DNA of 64,000 bases from Octopus vulgaris (taxonomy: Eukaryota): the NCBI GenBank assembly GCA_951406725.2, contig OX597842.1, positions 1,984,001 through 2,048,000 on the forward strand. Direction: 5' to 3'. Each line of letters opens with the position of its first letter. Position 1 is the stretch's first letter. The translations under genes were made by a program, and so were the position numbers. The notes under the pieces are model-generated. The model worked only from the letters and a program-made list of their open reading frames with translations. It did not search any database and was not told the DNA's origin. This document shows positions 53,563 through 64,000 of the stretch, piece after piece.

Positions 53563-54816
53563 ATTACGCTGTCAAGTATGAAATTTGTAGAAAAGAAAAA
53601 AGTCTGCTAATACAAGGAATAGTTTTATTCATCAAAGTATACACTGATATTGTCAATACATTTTTGCCATTTCAGCGGTAGCTTGTCCAGGCTGGAACTG
53701 TAAAAGCCTGGCAATCTAGAGTCAATAAAATCTTGGAAGGCATCGACGAAATTAAATCTTTTCCGTATCAAAAAGTTATCCAAATTCTGGAAGAAAAGGT
53801 AGTCATTGGGGGCAAGATCAGGTGAGTATGGTGGATGATGGAGAACTTCCAACTCCAACTCCTGTAGTTTTGCCAATCTTATTTTTGCAATGTTTGGTCT
53901 GGCATTGTCTTGCAATAAAATAGGAGTGGATCTGTTCACTAATCTAGGCTGCTTTTTTTGTAAGTTTCTGCATTATTTGGTCCAGTTGCCTGTAGTATAC
54001 TTCGGCTGTGAGCCAGGTTTAATGAAATCATAATGGATCTCACCTGTGCCAGACCAACAAATACACACCATCAGCTTCTTCTGATGAATTTTGCTTTGTG
54101 GATTGTGTTTTGGTGGCTCGTCTTTGTCCAGCCATTGTGCTGAACACTTACGGTTGTTGTACTGGATCCATTTCTCATCACATGTTACAATTCGATTAAA
54201 AAATGATTCATTTTTGTGACGAGAAAGTAGCATAATGCAGGCTTCCAAACGTTCCTGTTTCTGATTTTCATTGAGTTCATGTGGAACCCAACTATCCAAC
54301 TTTTTCACTTTACCAATTTGAACTAGTTGAGTCAATATTGTTTACTTGCTAACACCAAACAACAACAATAATTCACAGGCACTTTGAGATGGATCTGACT
54401 CAATGGTGACTTTCAGTTTGTCATTATCCACCTTGTTTCTAGTTGACCATGTTGCTCATTTGTGAAGTCAAAGTTAGCAGAACGAAATTTTGTAAACCAA
54501 TTTGATACTGTCTGCTGTGCAATAATATTACAATGAAATACTCCATTAATATAGCAAGCTGTCTGTGATGTATTTCCAAGAAAGAACTCATATTTCAAAA
54601 CTGTACAAATTTCCGACTTATCCATCTCTAAAACAAAAATAGCAGAAAAACGATTTATAAATACTTTATAAAGTGCAAAATGAATTAGAGTAAAGAAATA
54701 GATGTGTCAGCTTTCTAACAAAAAACAAAGTGTCAAAATATAATAATGGCGCAAAATGATCAGCAGTCAAAGTTTACCATATACCTTACTACAAATTTCA
54801 TACTTGGTGGTGTTGT
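53563..54816 (-). mobile_element. Full-length fossil mariner (DD34D) transposon, frameshifted
   Basis: Three ORF pieces: 54413-54625 (HTH, WFTKFRS), 53973-54335 (WVPHEL, IVTCDEKW) and 53625-53939 (LLQDNARP, HPPYSPDLAPNDY). An 18-bp TIR core CAAGTATGAAATTTGTAG lies at 53573-53590, with its reverse complement at 54789-54806. Total length about 1.25 kb. Confidence 0.93.
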
Positions 54817-54929
54817 TACTGTTCTTGTTACCATTATTCCAACAAATATTGTTCCTCTCACAGCAATGGTGACAGCAATACTATTTATTACCATTATTAT
54901 TATTATCATTATTATTATTATTATTATTG

Positions 54930-55472
54930 AGTGAGAGGGCAGTTCATGCCATCAAAGTGACACTGGGGTAAAATATACGAAGCCCAATATACCCATCATG
55001 ACTACTCATCTGATAAGGGTACACCAGGCACATGCATCACAACCAGATGTGTGCGACATGGTGATTTCATATCAAGATAAACAGCGCATGACCTTGCAGG
55101 TGGGGCCCCAGTTTCTTCTGGTCGAGTAGCCCATCCCGCTCAAAAGGTCCCTGAATAAGGGTTGTTTAAGGATGTAGAAGAAAACACCATGGTTCCAGAG
55201 GTGAATCATTCAAACCCCAAAGAATCCCTCTCAACACATGGCTATGATGCTCCCCCACTACACCTGCTCGTGATCAGAGATGCACACATCGTCAGCCACC
55301 AAGGGACATGCTCAACTGGTTAAGGTCAAACAACTGACAAGCAAATCTGTGGTATTGAGCAGAATATTTGCTGTAGTCCATCTTTTATACCAGGACAAAA
55401 CAATGTACATGATAACACTTCCAATCAGTTAAGATCAGAAGCCATGAGAGCCACTGCCTGGTACTGCATCAG
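54930..55472. mobile_element. Non-coding interspersed repeat of about 540 bp inserted in (TAT)n, copy 1
   Basis: Near-collinear with 61463-62008. Both copies are bounded by (TAT)n tracts and have the same ends. Confidence 0.75.
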
Positions 55473-55487
55473 AATATAGTATTATTG

Positions 55488-55533
<46 letters not shown>

Positions 55534-55815
55534 TATTATGATTATGGCAGCATGAAGGCAGAGTCATTAGCACGCCGGGCGAAATGCTCAGCAATATTTC
55601 ATCTATCTTTATGTTCTGAGTTCAAATTCCGCCAAGGTCGAGATTGGCTTTCATCCTTTTGGGATTGATAAATTAAGTACCAGTTGCATACTGGGGCCAA
55701 TCTAATCAACTGGCCCCCTCACTCAAAATTTCAGCCCTTGTACCTATTATTATTATAGCAGAAGCATTAGCATGCCGGGCAAAATGCATAGCAGCATTTT
55801 TTTTTCAATGGCCCA

Positions 55816-55874
55816 ATAACTGAAGAGATGTTGGTGTGGGTTTCTGCCCCAATATCCGAAACTCGGAGTTTTAT
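55816..55874 (+). ncRNA. Type I hammerhead ribozyme
   Basis: ATAA-CTGAAGA-GATGTTGG..CCAATATC(C)-GAAA-CTCGGAG-TT-TTAT. A sister copy at about 21592-21652 (-) has GAAA changed to AAAA. Confidence 0.68.
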
Positions 55875-55920
55875 CATGGCTACCAAATAATTGTCACATA
55901 TTATATTTACAGATATGTGC

Positions 55921-55964
<44 letters not shown>

Positions 55965-55996
55965 TTTATTTGAAGCAGCAGAAAATTCAACAATAC

Positions 55997-56088
55997 CTGT
56001 TACTCTGAGTTTCCCTTTGCCGTTCATCGGACAGTTTTTTCTAGCAAAAACTGTCCGATGAACGGGAACGTAAAACTCAGAGTAACAG
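55997..56088. ncRNA. Head-to-head pair of variant hammerheads (CCGATGA core)
   Basis: CTGT-CCGATGA-ACG..-[G/A]AAA-CTCAGAG-TA-ACAG on both strands around a central CTAG (56041-56044). Confidence 0.55.
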
Positions 56089-56549
56089 GTTTTGTTGAAT
56101 TTTCTGCTGCTTTAAATAAAGCATATTACTCTACCACTGGTATTTGAGTACTCTTTTTCCACCTTGTTTCACATTTATGTGTTTACTCCGGTATATATAT
56201 CATCATCATCATCATCGTTTAACGTCCGTTCTCCATGCTAGCATGGGTTGGACGGTTCGACCGGGGATCTGGGAAGCCAGAAGGCTGCACCAGGCTCCAG
56301 TCTAATCTGGCAATGTTTCTACAGCTGGATGCCCTTCCTAACGCCAACCACTCCGTGAGTGTAGTGGGTGCTTTTTACGTGCCACCTGCACAGGTGCCAG
56401 GCAAGGCTGGCAACGGCCACGGTTGGATTGGTGTATTTTATGTGCCACCGGCACGGAAGACAGTCGAGGCGGTGCTGGCATTGGCCACGAGTCGGATGGT
56501 GCTTTTTACGTACCACCAGACCAGGGATCCTGGCTGGTTCAATTCGATT

Positions 56550-56588
<39 letters not shown>

Positions 56589-56800
56589 ATAATAAATTAT
56601 TATTACCAGTGGCCTAGCACAAAAGACGAATTAGTCATTAGACTATATATTATTCATATAGAAATACATAAAAGGCTTCCAAATAAGGAAGCGGTGTGCT
56701 AGAACACAAAAAGGGATAAATTTTAATTGTCATTCCTTTCATGAATTTATCCCTTTTTGTGTTCTAGCAAAACACTTCCTTATTTGGAAGCCTTTTATTG

Positions 56801-56832
<32 letters not shown>

Positions 56833-56994
56833 GGCGCAGGAGTGGCTGTGTGGTAAGTTGCTTGCTAACCAACCACATGGTTCCAGGTTCAGTCCCACTG
56901 CGTGGCATCTTGGGCAAGTGTCTTCTGCTATAGCCCCGGGCCGACCAATGCCTTGTGAGTGGATTTGGTAGACGGAAACTGGAAGAAGCCTGTC

Positions 56995-57064
<70 letters not shown>

Positions 57065-57849
57065 TTGTGTGTCTGTGTTTGTCTCTCCAGCATCGCTTGA
57101 CAACCGATGCAGGTGTGTTTGCATCTCTGTAACTTAGCGGTTCGGCAAAAAGAGACCAATAGAATAAGTACTAGGCTTACAAAGAATAAGTCCTGGGGTC
57201 GATTTGCTGGACTAAAAGGCGGTGCTCCAGCATGGCCGCAGTCAAATGACTGAAACAAGTAAAAGAGTAGAAAGAGAGAAAGAGTGAATGAAGTATGGAA
57301 AATCCAGGTTACATTTGTTTCATAGCAAGTGGAACCTGAGAATTGGTAAAATCCGAGTGAGGTATATGCTACTGGCTAGTCCTCAGACCAAGGCTATCTT
57401 GATTAGATTGAAGGCTACTTTGTCGCAAGGAGGTACATGTTGACACAAAGAGGATTCTGTCAGAATGTGTGATTGAATGCATTCTGATTGAATCCTCACT
57501 CTTCTTTTTTTTTTCTACTTTTCTTTCTCCCACCACTTGTTATTTTTTGATTTTCTTTTTCTAGCTTGCAACAACTAAATTATACATTTAGAAATATGCA
57601 CGGAGATGCATTATGTGTATATATATATATATGTACATAGATACCTATATATACATTTGTGTATATATATAGGCGCAGGAGTGGCTGTGTGGTAAGTAGC
57701 TTGCTTACCAACCACATGGTTCAGGGTTCAGTCCAACTGCGTGGCACCTTGTGCAAGTGTCTTCTACTATAGCCTCGGGCTGACCAAAGCCTTGTGAGTG
57801 GATTTGGTAGACGGAAACTGGAAGAAGCCCGTCAATATGTGTGTGTGTG

Positions 57850-57895
<46 letters not shown>

Positions 57896-58459
57896 TGTGT
57901 CTGTGTTTGTCCCCCCAACATTGCTTGACAACCGATCGATGCTGGTGTGTTTACTTCCCCATAACTTAGCAGTTCAGGAAAAGAGACCGATAGAATAAGT
58001 ACTAGGCTTACAAAGAATAAGTCCTGGGGTCGATTTGTTTGACTAAATGCTGTGCTCCAGCATGGCCACAATCAAATGACTGAAACAAGTAAAAGATTAT
58101 ATATATGTTTTGCCTGTATTTGTTTGTAAATATATGCAGGCATGTACCAATTTTTGTATGTTTTGTGTATACATGTATGTATAGGTTTTTACGTATGTGT
58201 GTATAAAGTAAATGTATATGTATCTTTATGATGTTCTTTGTTAGTGAATGCTTTTATTTTAAACAGATATCTTTTAAATTAAATTTAAATTTATTTTACC
58301 ATTAATTAATTTACCCGGGACTTACAGGTTTTTTTCCTTCGACTGAAGCTAATTTTTTATTTAAAGTTTTCTTTGATTTTAAATATTATTTTGAATTGTA
58401 ATTTTAATTTCATATAACTGGCTATTGAAAAGACCATTAGTTGAAAGGACAATGAAACA

Positions 58460-59540
58460 AAACCACTACCACCATCAACACCACTGCCTCCACTTCAAAC
58501 ATGACTGCTGCCACAATCACCACCAACACTACTAACATCAACACCAATAACAACACCACTACTACCACCACCAACATCACCACCATGACTGCCACCACAA
58601 TCACCACCACCACCGTCACAGCCAACAAACACTACTACCACTAAAACAACCACTGCCACCATCACTACAACAATCACCACCACCAACACTACAAACAAAT
58701 ACTACCACCACCACCACTGCCAACAAACACTAATACCACTAAAACAACCACTGCCACCATCACTACAACAATCACCACCACCACTAACACTACAAACAAA
58801 CACTACCGCCGCCACCACCACTGCCAACAAACACTAATACCACTAAAACAACCACTGCCACCATCACTACAACAATCACCACCACCACCACCACCAACAC
58901 TACAAACAAACACTACCACCACCACCACTGCCAACAAACACTACCACCAACACCACTACTATCACTGCAAACAACCACTACCACTATCACCACCACCACA
59001 AACAACCACTACCATCATCATCACTACCACCACCACCACCACAAAAAAACAAACGCTACCACCACCACCACCACTGCCAACAAACACTAATACCATTAAA
59101 ATAACCACTGCCACCATCACTACAACAATCACCACCACTACAAACAAACACTACCACCACCACCACTGCCAACAATCACTACCACCAACACCACTACTAT
59201 CACTGCAAACAACCACTATCGCCATCACCACCACCACCACCACAAACAACCACTACCATCACGACCACCACCACCACCACCACCACCACAAAAAATCAAA
59301 CGCTACCACCAACACCACTACTATCACTGCAAACAACCACTACCACTATCACACCCACCATCACAAACAACCACTACCATCATCATCACTACCACCACCA
59401 CCACCACCAAAAAACAAACACTACCACCAACACCACTACTATCACTGCAAACAACCACTACCATCGCTATCACCACCACCACCACCACAAAAAAACAAAC
59501 GCTACCACCAACACCACCAGCGCAAACAATACCAACAATC
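58460..59540. repeat. ACC/ACT/AAC-based compound minisatellite
   Basis: Recurring blocks such as ACTGCCAACAAACACTA and ACTACTATCACTGCAAACAACCACT. Confidence 0.9.
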
Positions 59541-60102
59541 ACATTAAGTCATTATTGGTTGGGAAGCTGGAAATTTCTGCATCCATCAGTGTTGCGATTT
59601 CGAAAAGAGATGCCGTCAGCAATATAATCGACAATCCTCGTGAGGACGTGACACAGTTTTGCAGATAAACAACATGACAGCTTTTAATTAAATCGATGTA
59701 TCTACCACCGTTCCTCGGCAGAAAATTGGTTTCCATGGGTCGGCGCGGGGAAGCGCGGATGCTGTTTTAATTATTTTTGTTATACAGTATATATGTATGT
59801 ATATATATATAGGCATGGGCGTGGCTGTGTGGTAAGAGGTTTGCTTCCTGACCACATGGTTGTTGGTTCAGTCCCACTGTGTGGCACCTTGGGCAAGTGT
59901 CTTCTTCTATAGCCTCGAGCTGACAAAAGAGAGGCTTTGATAGGCAGGAACTGAAAGAAGCCCATCATGTGTGTATATATATATATATATAAATATATAT
60001 ATATATAAATGTGTGTAGGTGTGTGTGTATATATGTGTATATAAATATATATGTGTATATGTATATATACATGTATGTGTGCGTGTATATACATATATAT
60101 AT

Positions 60103-60189
<87 letters not shown>

Positions 60190-60575
60190 AGTAGGTGAAT
60201 GAATTATCCTATGTTTATCGTCAGCATGGAAAATTCGTTTAACCGAAACCTGGGTAGCAAATTCACGTCAGAAAACACGGTTGAAGTGACCTGTCAAGGG
60301 TAGAAACTCCGGGTTCATGTGTAGAAATTTGTGTGTTGTATATGAATAAATGTATCGAGAGTAAAGGAATTTTGTTAACATCTTCGTTCGACTCCATTCT
60401 TTCATTTATTCATATATATATATATATCATCATCATCATCATCATCATTGTTTAGCGTCCGCTTTCCATGCTAGCATGGGTTGGACGGGTCAACTGGGGT
60501 CTGTGAAGCTGGAAGTCTTCGTCAGGCCCAGTCAGATCTGGCAGTGTTTCTACGGCTGGATGCCCTTCCTAACGC

Positions 60576-60617
<42 letters not shown>

Positions 60618-61055
60618 GGAAAGTTTACAAAAATATACAAAAGACGAAGACAGGTGTTGTACAAACAAACAAATGTATTAGTATAGCGCTCAGGAATAGA
60701 AAAAGTCTTTTACATTTCGAGCCTACGCTCTTCCACAGAAAGATACACAGAAAGAAACAAGGAGAGAAAAAAATGTATGTATATGTATATAAATCTATAT
60801 GTATATGTATATATATATACATGTATGTATATGTATATAAATCTATATGTATGTATATAAATATTTATATTCAGTGCTTGCTTGCCATGAGGCAGCCCAG
60901 GTTCATTTCCTGGCTGATGCACTCTGGTTTTTAGGGTGCAGAAGTGGCTGTGTGGTAAGAAGCTTGCTTCTCAACCACATGGTTCCGGGTTCAGTCCCAC
61001 TGCATGTCACCTTGGGTAAGAGTCTTCCACAATAGCTTCAGACCGACCAAATCCT

Positions 61056-61210
61056 TCAGGTTGCCACAAGAAACCTTAGATGCCGAGAAGCTAGCAGTGT
61101 CTTAGAATACTGTATTCTAGCAGTCCCCAACAATATTTTTTTTCTGGAGCAACACAAAACTAGATTTTATGCCTATTTCCTCTATCTATTTGTTGAAATC
61201 TTTAGGAATT
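61056..61210 (-). mobile_element. 3' end of RLE-type (R4/Dong-like) LINE
   Basis: Reads IPKDFNK*IEEIGIK...LLQK.ILLGTARI and adjoins a (TAA)n tract. Confidence 0.6.
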
Positions 61211-61462
61211 ATTATTATTATTATCATTAAGGGGGTGAGCTGGTAGAATTGTTAGCACACTGGGCAAGGTGCTTTGCAGTATTTTGCCTGAATTTATGTT
61301 TTGAGTTCAAATTCCGCTGAGGTTGACTTTACTTTACATCCTTTCAGGGTCAATAAATTAAATAGCAGTGTAACACCAGGGCCGATGTAATCAACTAGTC
61401 CCCTCCCCAAAAATTTCAGGCCTTGTGCCTTTTGTAAAAGGGATTATTATTATTATTATTAT

Positions 61463-62008
61463 TGAGAGAGCGGTACATGCCATCAAAGTGACACTGGGGT
61501 AAGACATACAAAGCCCATATACCCATCATGACTACTCGTCTGATAAGGGTACACTAGGCACATGCATCACAACCATATGCGTGCGACATGGTGATCTCAT
61601 ATCAAGACAAACAGCACATGACCTTGCAGGTGGGACCCAGTTAGAATTTTCTTCTGGTCAAGTAGCCCATCCCTCTCAAAAAGTCCCCGAATAAAGGTTG
61701 TTTAAAGATTTTGAACCAAACACCCATGTTTCCAGAGGTGAATTATTCAAACCCCAAAGAATCCCTCTCAACACATGGATATGATGCTCCCCTACTACTT
61801 CTGCTTGTGATCAGAGATGCACATATCGTCAGCCACTAAGGGACTTGGTCAAATGGTTATGATCAAACAACTGACAAGCAAATCTGTGGTATTGAGCAGA
61901 ATATTTTGCTGTAGCCCATCTTTTATACCAAGACAAAACAATGTACATAATAACACTTCCAATCAGTTAAGACCAGAAGCCACGAGAGCCACTGCCTGGT
62001 ACTACATC
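61463..62008. mobile_element. Non-coding interspersed repeat of about 540 bp inserted in (TAT)n, copy 2
   Basis: Second copy of 54930-55472. Confidence 0.75.
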
Positions 62009-62177
62009 TATTATTATTATTATCATTATTATTTCCTATCCCTTATGTAAATCTCCACACAAACTGTTGTCTGTTCATGTAATGTCCCTCATCATTTATA
62101 CCCCTGTGGCTAATAAATAATAATAATCATTATCATTACTCTCATTACTATTTTTGTTATCGTTATCACATCATCAA

Positions 62178-62219
<42 letters not shown>

Positions 62220-62936
62220 TATTATCATTATTATTACTATTATTATTATTATCATTATTATTACTATTATTATTATTATCATTATTATTACTATTATTAT
62301 TATTATCATTATTATTATTATCATGATCTAGAAAAATCTTACTCAGCAAAAAAAAAAACAAACCCCTTTTCCTTTCCAAAAAATTTACGAAAACATTTGC
62401 AGTTTTTCTTTTATTATGTATTTTTTTTTTTTTTTACATTTTCATCTAATTTTTTCATCATTATTCCACTTTATTTTTATAAATTAACTTTATTATTGTT
62501 GTTGCTGCTGTTGTTATTGTTACTTGCTTCTACTTTTAAATCTTTTGTTTTTGTGCTTATTGTTGTTGTTGTTGTTGTAGTTGTTGCTTTGCTTCATTTT
62601 CGCCATTTTAATTTTAATTTTCGATTTTTCGATAGTTTTTGTTTTCTTGAAGTATGTTTGTTTATATTTATGTACAAGCATTTTGTTTTTTTATTTTTCC
62701 TTTTTTGTTTGTTTTTGTTTTTTTTTTTTGGTTTTTTTCAATTTTCTTTTACTTTCAGAAAAATCTTAGGAGTGATAAAAATACCAAAAAAAAAAAAAAG
62801 CACAAAAGAAAAAAAACAAACGACAACAACAATAATAATAATAATAATAATGATGATGGCGATGACGATTTTGATGATTCAGAGATTTTCAAAATCTTCG
62901 AGAGAATTACGGTTAATTAATTCTATAGATAGAAAA

Positions 62937-63050
62937 TTACATATTCTTCTGTTTCTGTGATGGAATGATTTTTTGGTGCTGTGCGGCAGCTGTTGTTGTT
63001 GTTGTTGTTGTGGTGGTGGTGGTGGTTGCAGTGGATAGGTTAGTGAAACC
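62937..63050 (-). CDS. Possible terminal coding exon of an unidentified gene extending beyond the window
   Basis: Acceptor-like TTTGTTCTCTCAAG followed by GFTNLSTA(T)nAAAQHQKIIPSQKQKNM*, then about 800 bp of A/U-rich UTR-like sequence. Low complexity, no homology recognised. Confidence 0.22.
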   Translation of the reverse strand, partial: GFTNLSTATTTTTTTTTTTTAAAQHQKIIPSQKQKNM

Positions 63051-63154
63051 CTTGAGAGAACAAATACAAACATGTGTGTGTGTGTATAAATAAATGTGTG
63101 TGTGTATGTGTGTGTTGATTCACCATCTAGTGGACAGTTCTGACAAATTAAAGT

Positions 63155-63207
<53 letters not shown>

Positions 63208-63334
63208 TATATATATACATACATACATACATCTGCATATACAATTGTGTGTGTGTGTATGTGTGTGTGTGTGTGCATGCATGCATGCATATGTATTTAC
63301 ACAAAATATATATATATATATATATATACATACA

Positions 63335-63745
63335 GAGCTGGCAGAAACGTTAGCATGCCAGATGAAATGCTTAGCGGTATTTTGTCTGCCGTTACGTTCT
63401 GAGTTCAAATTCCGCCAAAGTCAACTTTGCCTTTTATCCTTTTGGGGTCGATTAAATAAGTACCAGTTACGCACTGGGGTCGATATAATCAACTTAATTC
63501 GTTTGTTTGTCCTTGTTTGTCCCCACTGTGTTTAGCCCCTTGTGGGTAGTAAAGAAATAGGATTTTGTCTGCTGCTAAGTTCTGAGTTCAAATTCCACCA
63601 AGGTCAACTTTGCCTTTCATCCTTTCGGGGTCGATAAATTAAGTACCAGTTATGCACTGGGGTAATTGTAATCAACTTAATCTGTTTGTCTGTCCTTGTT
63701 TGTCCCCTCTATGCTTAGCCCCCTGTGGGCAATAAAGAAATAAGA
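63335..63745 (+). mobile_element. tRNA-derived SINE family B (Meta-domain-like), tandem pair
   Basis: GAGCTGGCAGAA head, B-box GAGTTCAAATTCC and central GCCTTTCATCCTTTCGGGGTCGATAAA. Other copies: 1262-1470(-), 21065-21292(-), 45797-47475, 55555-55745, 61231-61420. Confidence 0.85.
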
Positions 63746-64000
63746 TATTTATATACATCCATATATACATGGCTTGCTCGCTTAGCCAGCAGGGTGGGAT
63801 CACTTGATGGCTAAAACAATGCGAAGCGCATTGTGACCAGCGATGTGTAGCAACATCTGATAGCCTGGTCGGTCATGCGATGGTGGTCACATATATATAC
63901 ATAAATGTATTTATTTATATATATGCATGTGTGTATGTATGTATCAAAAATAGATACACATACATGCATATACACATACACCACTCCTCACCATTCATAT

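Noticed and set aside
53625-54625. SETMAR-like domesticated gene
   Set aside because: Multiple frameshifts, TIRs present and no SET domain, so a dead mariner copy.

Overview
Eukaryotic, AT-rich, extremely repeat-dense genomic DNA. The SINE families and (TA)n/(CA)n/(GAT)n density point to a coleoid cephalopod, most likely Octopus (inference). Almost all ORFs in the supplied track are microsatellite or SINE read-through. Two genuine minus-strand sperm-flagellum genes are visible: a THEG/SPMAP2-repeat exon (40195-40758) and the first coding exon of an STPG2-like gene (24294-24402). The THEG exon is followed by about 2.2 kb of decayed, pseudogenised THEG repeats that appear to form its 3' UTR. 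Mobile DNA includes four SINE families, a full-length fossil mariner, an internally deleted piggyBac inside a SINE inside a Penelope-like element (PLE), four non-autonomous Helitrons, Tc1/pogo MITEs, R4/Dong-type LINE tails in (TAA)n tracts and two PLE GIY-YIG relics. There is also a 103-bp SINE-derived satellite and a 4.2-kb 32-bp minisatellite. The most striking hidden signal is at least seven sequence-unrelated families of minimal type I hammerhead ribozymes, mostly inside short fold-back elements inserted at (TA)n tracts. All calls were made by eye; no searches were run.
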